Source: Chiloscyllium plagiosum (taxonomy: Eukaryota). Taken from it: a stretch of DNA of 64,000 nt. Under the pieces are notes generated by a model. It made no database searches, was not told the DNA's origin, and saw nothing but the letters and a program-made list of their open reading frames with translations. Every line of letters starts with the position of its first letter. The first letter of the stretch is position 1. Positions 38,426-50,867 of this stretch are shown one piece after another. The DNA is taken from assembly GCF_004010195.1 (NCBI RefSeq), contig NW_025215381.1, positions 182,662-246,661 on the forward strand, given 5' to 3'. Made by a program: the position numbers and the translations under genes.

Positions 38426-38880
38426 GTTGGGATGAGGATCTTTGAAGTCGAACGTATTGCAATGAAGGGAGGTTGAGTAGGTTAGGATAGTTTTCATTTG
38501 GAAAAAGGAGATTGAGGGTGGAACTTATTGAGGTCTACAAAATCATGAAGGGTATAGACAGGATGGAAAGAGATAAGCTTTTTCCCAGGGTGAGGGATTC
38601 AATTGAGAGAGGTCATACGCTCAAGGTGAGGGGTGAAATGTTTAAGGGGGATACACACAGAAAGTACTTTACACAGAGGGTGGTAGGTGCCTGGAACGCG
38701 TTGCCAGCAGAGGCAGTAGAGGCATGCACGGTAGATTCATTTAAGGTGGGTCTGGGCAGATGTATGAGTAGGTGGGGAGCAGAGGGATACAGATACTTAG
38801 GAATTGGGTGACAGGTTTAGACAGTAGATTTGGATCAGCTCAGGCTGTTCCTGGGCTGTAAATTTTCTTTGTTCTTTCTT
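38425..38880 (+). mobile_element. CR1 3' fragment
   Basis: LIEVYKIMKGIDR..RGHTLKVRG..YFTQRVVGAWNALP. Confidence 0.88.
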
Positions 38881-39397
38881 CTTTGTTTTTGATCAGTGAT
38901 GTCTCCATTTTGGTCAGGGAGTCCCCTTCCCTCAGCAAAAGCAGTATGTTCTCCTCACTTGGTCCTTCATGTGACTCTGGATCCTGGGCAATAGGGAACG
39001 GGAGAGAAATTCTGACCTCGGCAGCAATGCACACATTCAGTGTGTGAGAAGATTCCCATTTCAATCAGTGAGTTAAATGTTCATGTTTAAAGAGGGCAGC
39101 TCCTACCCTAGAGTGCAGAAGGACAGCTCTGACACTGTCACACTTCGAATAAACTGTCTCAATGCAGCATCAGTTGAAATATTTTGCGATCTCAGGGTAG
39201 GGTTCACAGTGTTGTTGCTGGCAGATTCTAGATTCTGTTTTTGTTATTTAGTTATGATGTACTGAGCAGCAACACTCCTTCATAATCAGGATTAAACTTG
39301 TTATTGTAGTAAGTTTGTTCATTGGCAGAAATTTGAAAACCAGCAACAAAGCTGAGTAATGCTGTAACCTCAATCTCCCCAAGGAGCTTTCACACAG

Positions 39398-39404
39398 TAT
39401 AAGG
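39398..39404 (+). promoter_or_regulatory. Candidate TATA box (TATAAGG) of gene B
   Basis: Lies ~90 nt upstream of ATG 39491. Positional inference only. Confidence 0.35.
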
Positions 39405-39490
39405 CAGCGTCTCTGGGAATGCATCAGCTCAGAGTTTCAAACAAGGAGCTCATCAACTGCCTGAAGGGACAGATCATCTCGCACAGAAAA

Positions 39491-39557
39491 ATGCATCTAC
39501 CAATTCAACATGTGGAGAAGGTGTTCTACACCATCCTTGCTGTTATTGGCATTCCTG
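39491..39557 (+). CDS. GPR139-like GPCR gene B, coding exon 1 (MHLPIQHVEKVFYTILAVIGIP + G)
   Basis: 67-nt exon encoding the N-terminus and first half of TM1. Donor CCTG|GTATGG. Joins the acceptor at 40986 in frame. Confidence 0.82.
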
Positions 39558-40986
39558 GTATGGCGTTACATCAAATGAACATGTTTTACCTGCTGCTGAT
39601 CTGCTGTCTGGTTTAACTTTTAAATAATAATGTCTCCAGCTCACTGACTGGTCAGCCTTATCCAGAAACCTGAACGGTGACAGCAATTCACTGAGCAGCA
39701 TTCTCGGTACAATTCTCCACTGACAGAGACTCCCAACTTTACTGCTGCTGCAGCTTTATCTGACCTCAGTGTTCTGTCATCTGTTCTGGTTTCATACGGT
39801 GTGAGGGTATGAGGAGAGATCAGGCTAGTTAGTTCTGAAGAAGGGTTACTGGGCCTGATATATTAGCCCTGCTTTCTCTCCCATAGATGCTGCCAGTCCT
39901 GCTGAGCTATTTCTGTGTTTGGTATCCAAATGAAGCCTATTTGTCTGAGAATTTTTGAAGGTTAAGGGATGATCTGAGTGAAGTCCTACAAGATATTAAC
40001 AGGAAAAAACAAACCATTTCCATTGGTTGGAGATTCTAGAATGTGGGAGCATAGCCTGAGAATTAGTGCCAGAGCATTCAGGAGAGCTGTTTGGAAGCAT
40101 TTTGAGTCTTGGAACTCTCTTATATGAAAGGCAGTGGTTACCGGATCAGTTGGTGAGTTTAAATGAGATAGTTTATTTTTTGTTCAGCAAAGGATTTGAA
40201 GAATATGAGCCCTGTTTTGACTTGTAAAGCTTCATCTAACTCGCAACCCTTCCACAAATTCTCTTCTTCTCACCTTCTCTGGTCAGACAATTCAAACCTT
40301 GACAGCTTGTCCTCCTGATTACTGCGCATCGAGACGTTTCTCATGTACACTTTACAGTGCAAATATCACAGCAGGCCTAACATTCACACGTTGCCACTGA
40401 GAATTTGCATGCCCTCTGTTATGCTGCACTTGTGTAAGACACATGGAATACTCTTGTTTAAAATCTGGCGCAGGTTCTGATGACTTGTTTCCTTTTCCTG
40501 TTGTGGCTCCGATCAGGATTTGGTCCAATGCTTCGAGCAGGGGATGACCTAATCCAAGGAAAAGGGGAGAGTTTGGTTTATCTACAGTCTAATCACCAGT
40601 CCTTTGACTAAATTGGGAGCAAGGTTTCTAATGGTGTTATATGCCTGCTAGAGTTGGAGCTGTTAACTTTAATAATCTATTGCAGTCACTCAAGTGATTC
40701 AAGTGACCTTGCAACCAAAAAATAACCAGAGATTTCTTTCTGCTGTCCTAGAAGGGATGGTGAGTTCAGTCCCTGTCCAAACTCCATACTCTCTGGAATG
40801 ATTGGGCTGGAAGAAAATTTGAGGTGGATGTGAAAGTCTTAAAATTCAAACTCATTTAACCCCAAACACTTCCACTCATACAGTGTGTTGATTTTTGATG
40901 GTAAAATCTTATTGTTGCTCTCTGGAACAGTGGTAGGAATTTATGATCAGTAATTCACTGTGTCTTTTCCAATTTGTCTCCCACAG

Positions 40987-41864
40987 TTAACTTTCTGGTG
41001 ATTGCAATTCTTTCACGTGGAAAATGTGGTGTGTCTCCTTGCACTACCCGCTACCTGGTCATTATGGCAGCTGCCGATCTGATGGTGATTATCACTGATG
41101 CTATACTGAGAAGGTTTCCCTATTATTATTATCCATTGTGTTTCCTGGTCATCACTCCTGTGTGTAGTGTTATTGGAGTCTTATATCGTGCAGCCACTGA
41201 CTATTCTGTCTGGTTCACTGTCGCTTTCTCCTTTGACCGATTTGTGACCATTTGTTGTCAGAAGCTGAAAACAAAATATTGCACTGAAAGAACTGCAACT
41301 GTGGTTCTAGCAACAACCTGCACCCTGTTCTGTTTGAAAAACATCCCCTTCTATTTTCAATATGAGCCTCGAAGGATAATCAACAATGTTCCATTCTACT
41401 GTGACACAAAGTCAAGCTACTATACTGAGACTTGGTGGGTGGTATTGGATTGGTTTGATACGGTTTTGACCCCTTTATTACCATTCGCTTTAATTCTGTT
41501 GCTCAATGCTCTGACAGTCAGACACATTTTAGTGACCAGTCAAATCCGGAAGAGGCTGAAGGGTGAGAGCAAAGGAGAGAATCACAGAGACCTAGAGATG
41601 GAGAGCAGAAGGAAGGCTGTGATTTTGCTCTTCGCCATCTCTGGGAGCTTCATCCTTCTGTGGTTAATCAATGTTGTAAATTTCTTATATTATGTCATTC
41701 AAGTAATAGATCCTGATGATTTCCCGCCTTTTCTGTATAATTTCAGAAGAGTTGGTTTCATGCTGCGGAACCTAAGTTGTTGCACAAACACATTTATTTA
41801 TGCAGCAACATTGGCCCAGTTCAGAGCGAAGATCAGTAACGCAGTAAAATACCTGATTACATGA
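40987..41864 (+). CDS. GPR139/GPR142-like class A orphan GPCR, gene B, exon 2 (~314 aa total)
   Basis: Acceptor TTTGTCTCCCACAG|TT. Open 7TM ORF: VNFLVIAIL, MAAADLM, WFTVAFSFDRFVTIC, LTPLLPF, RRKAVILLFAISGSF, RNLSCCTNTFIY. Confidence 0.92.
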
Positions 41865-42119
41865 ATTTCTTGCTTTATGAATAAATGAAACTCCTCAGTG
41901 GAGCCCACAGGAGGACCCATTGTTCCCAGACAATGATTTTTTAAAACTTTACTCAGGGGATGTGGGTCTCTCTGGTTGCATTAGTGTTTATTACTCATCC
42001 CTAGATGCCCCTTGAGAAGGTGATGGTGACCTGGTTTCTTGAACAGCTGCAGCCCAATTCCATTCAATACCCTCATCTTTGCCCTGCCAACCCAGCTCTC
42101 ACCACCCCAAACTTGATAG

Positions 42120-42740
42120 AACATATAGAATATAGAACAATACAACACAGTTCGGGCCCTTCGGCCCTTGATGTTGTCCCGACCTCTGAAAATGATCTGA
42201 AGCCCATCTAACCTACACTATTCCATTCTCATCCGTATTCTATCCAAATGACCATTTAAATTCCCTTAAAGTTGGCGAGTCTACTACTGTTGCAGGCTGG
42301 GCATTCGACACTCTTACTACTCTCTGAGTGAAGAAACTACGTCTGACATCTGTCCTATATCTATCACCCCTCAGTTTGAAGCTGTGTCCCCTTGTGCTAG
42401 CCATCACCATCCGAGGAAAAAGGCTTTCACTATCCACCTTATCAAACCCTCTGATCATCTTGTATGCCTCTGTAAAGTCATCACTTAACTGTCTTCTTTC
42501 TGAGGAAAACAGCTTCAAGTCCCTCAGCCTTTCCTCATAATCCTCTATATCAGGCAACATCCCAGTAAATCTCCTCTGAACCCTTTCCAACTTTCCCACG
42601 TCCTTCCTATAATGAGGCGACCAGAACTGAACGCAATACTCCAAGTCAAGCCGCATCAGAGTTTTCTACAGGTGAAGCATGACCTTGTGTCTCTGAAACT
42701 CAGTCCCTCTCCCAATCAAACCTAACACACAATACGCCTT
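42120..42740 (-). mobile_element. CR1 3' fragment
   Basis: LEYCVQFWSPHYRKD..TRGHSFKL..FFTQRVV. Confidence 0.9.
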
Positions 42741-45700
42741 TTTAAAATATAAATATTTTTATCAGAAACTTTTTCAAATCTTTTACAAAACATCCAAGTA
42801 CAAAAAAGAATAATACCAAAATACAGAAAGATAGAGGCAATACAACAATGTCATATCACGATACTTTCAGTGGTGGACTCTCCCTCTTTATGGGCATTTA
42901 AGAGGGCATTGGATAGGTATATGGAGGATAGTGGGTTAGTGTAGTTTAGGTGGGCTTGGATCGGCGCAACATCGAGGGCCCAAGGGCCTGTACTGCGCTG
43001 TATTCTTCTATGTTCTATGTTCTATGTTCTATATTAATAATGAACTAACTAATATTATACCAGAACAAACATATCTACTTAACTTAAACTAAACTACAAA
43101 CAAATTAAATAAAAATTAAATGAAACTGAATTCAAAATAAATTAAATTATATCATGCTACTTTACTCTATTTCATTTCCCACACCAACACTGAGGCTCCC
43201 ATCCCTGGGAGCACCAGTCATTGTATTCCTTTCCCCCAGGCTCCTCCTCCTGGAGCCCCACGGGCACCACTACAAATCCTGTTTTATCCTCTCTAGTAGT
43301 TGCACATAGTTAGCATTATACAGCTGGTGGAAGGAAGGAGTAATAAAAATTCCCAAATACAAAAAACCTTTTAATGGCCATCTAAACAGAAATTGCATTC
43401 CATCCTTCAGATCAGGCACCTCCACTACTCCTCCCACCGGCATGGCTTCCGATTTTGTAAAGTTGATCCTGTTGCCGGAAAAACTGCCAAACAAATTAAT
43501 TGTTTGAATCAATCTAGGAACAGTCTGCTTTGGATGGGCAAAAACAAAAGGACGTCGTCAGCATATAGGGTGATCTTATGCTCCGCTATTCCCATCCTGA
43601 CACCACTATTTCAGGATCCCTCCTGATAGCCTCAGCTAACGGCTCAATTTTCAAGGTGAATAACAGCAGTGAAAGAGGACACCCCTGTTGACTACCTCTC
43701 CCAATATTAAAGTTATCTGACTTAGTGCTGCTTGTAATGACTGCTGCCTTAGGATCATTATACAATACTGTCACCCATCTGGCCCATGATCCCCCCAAGA
43801 CCAAAGCGCTCTAGGACCCCAAACAGATGCAGTCATTCTATCTGGTCAAATGCCTTTTCTGCATCTAAGGAGACCACCAAACCCAGGATCAATCTTTGCT
43901 GGCATGTTTGCCCTATGTTCAGTCCCCTCCTGACATTGTTGGAGGAGTTACGGCCCTTAACAAAGCCCACCTGGTCTTCTTTTATAATATGGGGCAGGAC
44001 CTTCTCCAACCTCAGAGCCAGCATCTTGGATAGAATGTTAAAGTTTACATTAAACAGTGAAATGGGTCTGTGTGAAGTACAATCTTCGGGGTCTTTCCCC
44101 TTCTTTAAAATGAGGGCGATATTAGCCTCCCTCGGAGAGTTAGCAGGCAATCTCATGCATATACATCCCCAGAAGGGGCTCCACCAACACATTTATGAAA
44201 TCCTTATAGGATTCACTTGGGGATCCTTCTGGTCCCGGTGCTTTGCCACCCTGGAGATGCTTTATTGCTTCCTGCATTTCCTGTACCATCACGGGAACAT
44301 TCAACAGGGAAACCTGTTCCGTGTTTATACTGGGCAGGTGCGGGTTCTGCAAAAAGGACTGCATTCTCACTGCACTGTGTTCGCCTTCCCTCCGACCAAT
44401 ATAACTAAATCTAACATTGATCTTCTTTAACTCACTGGTAACTGTGCCAGCCTTCACTCTAACAGACATAATAGAATAGGAAGCTTTTTTTCTTTCTAGC
44501 CAGATGTGCCAGATATCTACCTGGCTCATTTCCAAATTCAAACAGTCTTTGTTTAGCAAAGGAGACCTTTTTTTTTAGCCCCCGTGAGTGCAATAAGTCG
44601 AGGGTCGCCCAGAGGGCCATGACCCACTGCAGCTTGACCAAAGAGGGCCTATTATAATATACTCTCTCAGCTGTCTGCAGTCGGGTCTCCAGCATCCATT
44701 GCTGCTCCTCCCGCTGCCTCCTTCTGGTCAATGAATATGAAATTATCAGGCCTCATAAATATGCCTTAGTGGCCTCCCAAGGTATTACTGGATTACTGGC
44801 CATAGGAGAAAGTGAGGACTGCAGATGTTGGAGATCAGAGCTGAAAACGTGTTGCTGGAAAAGCGCAGCAGGTCAGGCAGCATCCAAGGAGCAGGAGAAT
44901 TGACGTTTCGGGCATGAGCCCTTCTTCAGGAATCTTTTAAGTGGGAGGATTGGAAAGAGAAGTTGTTCAGAGTGAGGACCAGTTCAGTCAGCCGAAGGAG
45001 GATGTCAGTGGAAGGGTACTGGTTGGTACAGCGGGAAAGGAAGAAGCGGAGGGCTTTGAGTCCTTTGTGATGGGGGATGGAGGTGTACAGGGACCGGATG
45101 TCCATGTGAAGATAAGGCGTTGGGGACTGGCGAAGCGAAAATCATGGAGGAGGTGGAGGGCTTGGGTGGCGTCCCGAACATAAGTGGGCAGTTCTTGGAC
45201 TAAGGGGGACAGGACCGTGTCGAGGTATGCAGAGAGGATTACTGGCCGTACCCAAGTTGATATCTCAGAAGGCCCTGAACTCTCTTGTAATGTACTCAAT
45301 ATATTTACTATCCCTTAACAGGAACGGGTCCACGCACCAGTGACATGCATCCATTCCACCACCCTTGATTCTAAATACACTGGCACACGGTCCGAGACAG
45401 CTACAGTCCCAATTTTGCACATCAATGTTCTGTCCAAACAATCTGATGGCATAAAAAACATATCAGTTCACGTATGGCACTTGTGTGGGTTGGAAGAGAA
45501 AGTAAAGTCTCTTCTATTGGGGTAGAGGTGCCTCCATACATCCACTAGTCCCAACTCCTCACACATCCACCAACTGCTTAAACTGCACGGTTGTATCAGC
45601 CAGGCCCCTTGGCACATTGTCAACCTCAGGATCTAGTAGGTGATTAAAAACTCCTCCTTTAATTGTGTGGCACACCCCAACACTCATTAATTTATCAGCT

Positions 45701-46115
45701 GCATCAACTAGAAATTGAAGAGGGTGCGACAGAGGACAAGATGCCATACTCTTCTCCATGTATTACAGCTTTAAGAATGATGCACCCTCCATGTTCTTTC
45801 TTAATTTGCTCTGTTACATGGAAAGGGACGTTCCTTCTTCCCAGTATAGCCACTCCTCTACTCTTGGAGCTGAAGGAGGAGAAGAATACTCTTTTATAAC
45901 CCCCTGCTGCAGTTTCAGATGCTCCTTATCAGTTAAATGTGTCTCCTGCAGCAGGGCAATGTTCACCCTTTCCTTCCTAAGGCTTGAAAGCACCTTCTTT
46001 CTTTTAATGAGGGAATGGCTCCCATATACATTCCAGGTGCACAACCTGATCAAATCACTAGCCATGGTCATCCAGGGCAGCCCGCGGTTTCCCAAGATGA
46101 GGAAGTTTATCTGAG
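42740..46115 (-). mobile_element. Degenerate L1/Tx1-clade LINE ORF2 (APE endonuclease + RT)
   Basis: CTWNVYG..KRKKVL..IALLQETHL; KAPGPEG; HRPISLFN..DQVGFVKGR..SLDAEKAFDQIE; GSQQGCPLS; YADD (~43555); FLYLGI. Confidence 0.88.
44805..45235 (-). mobile_element. Composite PLE insert (pLTR + RT fragment) nested in the L1/Tx1 element
   Basis: pLTR with hammerhead core (44902-44929) and SAYLDTVLSPLVQELPTYVRD. TSD GGATTACTGGCC(A/G)TA at 44790-44804 and 45236-45250. Confidence 0.85.
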
Positions 46116-46119
46116 GTGC

Positions 46120-46735
46120 AGCGAGCCCCCTCCCCTGCAAGGATCCCCAAAACACAATCTTTTCATCACGAACCATGGCACCTGGGAGGCAACACATCAA
46201 TGGTGAGTCTCTCTCGTTCCCGCAGAATCTCCTATCTGTCGCCCTAACTATGGAGTCCCCATTGACTACTGCTCTGCTCCTCTCCCCCCTTCCCTTCTGA
46301 GTAAAATGGCCAGACTCTGTGCCAGAGACTTGTGCTCCATGGCTTATCTCTGGTAAGTTGCCCCTCCCAACAGTATTCAAAACGATATGTTTGTTATACA
46401 GGGAAAGGCCACAGGGGATCCCTATACTGTCTGCCTGTTCCCTTTCCGTCCCCTCACTGTAACCTATATACCTTCTTCCTGTACCAGAGGTGTGACTACC
46501 TCCCTGTAACTCCTCGCAATAACCCCCTCAGCCTCCTGAATGATCTGAAATTCATCCAGCTCCAGCCCCAGTTCCCTAACATGGTTTCCAAGGAGCTGGA
46601 GTTAGGTGCACTTCCCACAGATGCAGTCAGCAGGAGTACTAGTGGTGACCCTTACCTGCCACATTCTGCAGGAGGAACGTTCAACTGCCTAAACCTCCAT
46701 TCCCTCTGTCCTAAATTCCCAAGGAGACTTTTGAA
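46120..46735 (-). mobile_element. CR1 ORF1 fragment (esterase N-terminal part)
   Basis: AVVNGDSIVRATDRRFCG..CCLPGAMVRD. Confidence 0.8.
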
Positions 46736-46744
46736 ATGAAAACT

Positions 46745-47025
46745 AGTGGTTAGCACTGCTGCCTCACAGCACCAGAGACTCCGGGTTCAATTCCCGTCTC
46801 AGGCGACTGACTGTGTGGAGTTTGCACATTCTCCCCGTGGGTTTGCTCCGGTTTCCTCCCACAGTCCAAAGATGTGCAGATTAGGTGAATTGGCCATGCT
46901 AAATTGCCCATAGTGTTAGGTGAAGGGGTAAATTTATGGGTGGGTTGCGCTTCGGCGGGTCGGTGTGGACTTGTTGGGCCTAAGGGCCTGTTTCCACACT
47001 GTAAGTAATCTAATCTAATCTAATC
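46745..47025 (+). mobile_element. HE1-like V-SINE
   Basis: Head, V-domain and (TCTAA)n tail. Confidence 0.9.
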
Positions 47026-47452
47026 TTATCAAATTGGCTGTGGGATGGGTGGGACACACTACCTACGTAATATTTTGAGTAAAGCAAATGCCCAAATATA
47101 TTGCTTCACTTACTGAGCTGTCCCACGTCCGGTCCTGCTCAGCATACACTCTCACCGCTCCTGCAGCAAAAATGAAGGCCGCAGACTCACGAGGCTCATG
47201 AAAAGCATGGAATAGAGGCATATGGACCATGTGGGGGCAGGTTTTTAGTTTAGAAAGGTGCCATTTTTCAGCACGGTTTTGGTGGGTTAAAGCAACTGTT
47301 CCTGAGGAGTCACAAACTCAAAGCCAGTAGCAGGGAAAGGATGTTTTACTGACTGGGGAGCTGTGATCATGGGTGTTCTGCCAAAGTCAGTGCTATGACC
47401 TCCCTTGTTTGTAAGTAAAATAAATGATTTGGAAGAGAAAATAAGTGGACTG

Positions 47453-48158
47453 TGTTATCACCTGGGGTAAACCCCCATTCCACACCCACCTCCCCTCCCC
47501 CCATTAATTTAAAACAGCAACACAGAAAAGATTTATCCCGTGCGGTAATCTGTGAAAAGAACTAGTTAAAGTAAAAAGTAACAACATTATTTCTTAAAGT
47601 ATAACAGAGAATAATTAACTAACAACTATTTACAACTCCTTCCTCTAACCTATCTTTTACTTTCACTTCTATAATAGTAGTCTGATAAAACAAATCCCAA
47701 TTAAGATATACCAAAAATATAAATTTCAAAACTAGGCAGCTGTTGAATCTTCTCTTTGTATCTTCCTCCGGAGATTTTTTTTCTTTCACAGGTCATTAAT
47801 AGATAAATGTACCTTTAAGAGGGTTGTGTTTCTGGCAGTCTGTACATGCTGCTGGCTTGGCTGTTCTCCCCTCAACTGTTCAATTTTTTTCCCAGTCTTT
47901 TATGGCCAAAGTACCGGATTGTGCCATTGGCTTTTAATATTGTCAATATACTAAATTCAAACTTGATTGGAGTTTGGTATTTTTTGGGGGTATAATTTAA
48001 ACTGATTGGCCTAAACCAAATGTGTTTTTGTCTCCAGGCAACAATCTACAGTAGCTGCTGGACCAAAAAGGTTACATTGTATCTTGTTCAGAACATTTGG
48101 TGCTGTCACGTAGTTCTGCTAGCTTTTAACTTTCTTAAAGGTACAGTACTTCATAACA
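47453..48158 (-). mobile_element. Solo LTR inserted in a CR1 RT fragment
   Basis: Ends are TGTTATCA...TCATAACA (TG..CA, 7/8 inverted match) with 4-bp flanks ACTG/TCTG. CR1 sequence (NDLEE..ISG|LISNFADDTK) resumes across it. Confidence 0.75.
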
Positions 48159-49414
48159 TCTGATTAGCAATTTTGCAGATGACACAAAGATTGGGGGAGC
48201 TGTGGATAATGAGGAGGATTGTCAGAGGATACAGCAGGATGTAGATAGACTGAAGACTTTGGCAGATGGAGTTTAATCTGTACATATGTGAGGTGAAGTG
48301 TTTTGGAAGGTCTAACGTATGAAGGAGGTATACAGTAAAACACAGAACTCTTAGAAGCACTAACACACAGAGGGATGTAGGCTTGGAGGTCCACAGTTTC
48401 CTGAAAGTGGCAATGTAAGCAGATAAAGTGATCAAGAAGAATGTGTCTATGTTTGTGTGAGGGAGAGAGGCAGTGTGTGTGATAGGCAGGAGTGACCCAG
48501 TGGGACATTTCTCTGAAAGAAAAACACTGGTTTCATTCATTCAGACAGTGGTTGCTGATTTCTCTTACTGGACACCAGAGGGAGGCGCACTGCCTTGTCT
48601 GAAGGCCCTGGTCCAAATCATCTGTTGCCTCCTCCCACTTCTTCCATGTCGGTCCTTCTCCATAGGGGCAGCCATCTAGCTGTGACATCACCATGCAGCC
48701 CCTTGCGCTTTTGTGTCACTCAGGTCTTTGTGAGACAGTCAGAAATAACAGGAAGAACAGAGACAGGAGCAAATTGTCCCAGAAGCAAAAACTGCTGCTT
48801 ATGCAGTGGCACAGGAAGGCCAGCAGAGACTGTCACTTTAAACACAAGAAGGACAGAGTCAGAGACATTGGTTCATTGCTTTTTAATTAATTAATTAATG
48901 CAAACTTCACTCCAGGACAAACTGTGTCTCATTGCAGGCAGAGGTGGGCGGGCACGCGCACAGACATACATCAATATGAATAACAGCACTGTATCACTTT
49001 GAACACAAGAATAAACAGAGAGTCAGACAGTGGATGGAGGGGGGGTGGGGGCTAACCCTGTTTAAATGGATACAGTCCCCAAATCAACAGAGACACTGAC
49101 ACAAAGAGACACACAAACATAGAGGCACACACTAATACATACAGAGCCACACTAACACACTCACACACATATATACACAGATAGACAGAGATAGACAACA
49201 CAGAGACACATATGTTGACACACGGACACATAAATGCACACACCTCCACAACAACACCCCGCCACCTCTCTCTAACCAAGGGGTCACTGGGCAACGATCA
49301 GAATCAGTCCAAAGATGTGCAGATTGGGTGGATTGGCTGTGCTAAATTGCCCATGGTAGGTGGAATAGCCGTGGAAATGGGGGGTTACAGGCATTGGGTG
49401 AAGGTCCAATTCGT

Positions 49415-49735
49415 GGGCGGCACGGTGGCACAGTGGTTAGCACTGCTGCTTCACAGCGCCTGAGACCCGGGTTCAATTCCCGCCTCAGGCGACTAACTGT
49501 GTGGAGTTTGCACGTTCTCCCCGTATCTGCGTGGGTTTCCTCCGGGTGCTCCGGTTTCCTCCCACAATCCAAAGATGTGCAGGTCAGGTGAATTGACCAT
49601 GTTAAATTGCCCGTAGTGTTAGGCAATGGGTAAATATAGGGGTATGGGTGGGTTGCGCTTCGGCGGGGCGGTGTGGACTTGTTGGGCCGAAGGGCCTGTT
49701 TCCACACTGTAATGTAATCTAATCTAATCTAATCT
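49415..49735 (+). mobile_element. HE1-like V-SINE (young)
   Basis: Complete head, V-domain and (TCTAA)n tail. Confidence 0.92.
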
Positions 49736-49827
49736 AGGAGGGTTGTTGCACACTCGATGGGCCAAATTACATCTTTTGGATTTCTTTTGAGAAATGCGGG
49801 TGACTCCTTTGCTTTTGATATTGATGG

Positions 49828-50867
49828 GAGCTCCTTCTTCAAGGACCGCAATTTCCCCTCCGACGTGGTCGACGATGCCCTCCACCGCATCTCTTCCACT
49901 TCCCGCTCCTCCGCCCTTGAGCCCCGCTCCTCCAACCGCCACCAGGACAGAACCCCACTGGTCCTCACCTACCACCCCATCAATCTCCATGTACAGCGCA
50001 TCATCCGCCGTCATTTCCGCCACCTCCAAACGGACCCCACCACCAAGGATATATTTCCCTCCCCTCCCCTATCAGCATTCCGTAAAGACCACTCCCTCCG
50101 TGACTCCATTGTCAGATCTACACCCCCCACCAACCCAACCTCCACTCCCGGCACCTTCCCCTGCAACCGCAGGAGGTGCAAGACTTGCGCCCACACCTTC
50201 CCCCTAACCTCCCTCCAAGGCCCAAAAGGAAACTTCCATATCCGCCACAGATTCACCTGCACCTCCACACACATCATCTATTGCATCCTCTGCACCCTAT
50301 GTGGCCTTCTCTATATTGGGGTGACAGGCCGGCTACTTGCGGAGCGTTTCAGAGAACACCTCTGGGACACCTGGACCAACCAACCCAACCACCCTGTGGC
50401 TCAACATTTCAACTCCCCCTCCCACTTCATCAAGGATATGCAGGTCTTTGGACTCCTCCATCGCCAGACCACAACAAAACGACGGTTGGAGGAAGAGCGC
50501 CTCATCTTCCGCCTAGGAACCCTCCAACCACAAGGGATGAACTCGAATTACACCAGTTTCCTCATTTCCCCTCCCCCCACCATGTCTCAGTCAAATCCAT
50601 CGAATTCAGCACCGCCTTCCTAACCTGCAATCTTCTTCCTGACCTCTCCGCCCCCACCCCAGTCTGACCTATCACCCTCACCTTGACCTCTTTCCACCTA
50701 TCACATTTCCGACGCCCCTCCCCCAAGTCCCTCCTCCCTACCTTTTATCTTAGCCTGCTGGACAAACTTTCCTCATTCCTGAAGAAGGGCTTATGCCCGA
50801 AACGTCGATTCTCCTGTTCCCTGGATGCTGCCTGACCTGCTGCGCTTTTCCAGCAACACATTTTCAG
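49828..50867 (+). mobile_element. 5'-truncated Penelope-like element: open GIY-YIG region + pLTR with hammerhead core
   Basis: Open frame to 50623 (CNRRRCKTC..IIYCILCTLCGLLYIGVTGR..RFREH..LEEERLIFRLGTLQPQGMN). Exact 15-bp TSD TTTTGATATTGATGG at 49813-49827 and 50868-50882. Confidence 0.93.
50775..50810 (+). ncRNA. Minimal type I hammerhead ribozyme motif in the PLE pLTR
   Basis: CTGAAGA-A-GGGC-TTAT-GCCC-GAAAC-GTC. PLE pLTRs are known to carry minimal hammerheads. Confidence 0.7.

Noticed and set aside
39419..39490. Upstream in-frame ATG extending gene B by 24 aa
   Set aside because: Homology with gene A exon 1 starts at MH (39491), and 39419 is too close to the candidate TATA box. Not fully excluded.
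45814..46380. 188-aa ORF fusing CR1 ORF1 esterase to an L1/Tx1 endonuclease
   Set aside because: Best explained as chance in-frame juxtaposition of two decayed elements. Both domains are truncated and followed by frameshifts.
48940..49270. ORFs over CA-rich and GA-rich tracts (also 11780-11960, 14090-14240 and 31580-31730)
   Set aside because: Low-complexity sequence lacking stops by composition.
49757..50623. 288-aa ORF as a domesticated GIY-YIG host gene
   Set aside because: The ATG comes from flanking DNA outside the TSD, and the rest is a young 5'-truncated PLE similar to other copies in the window.
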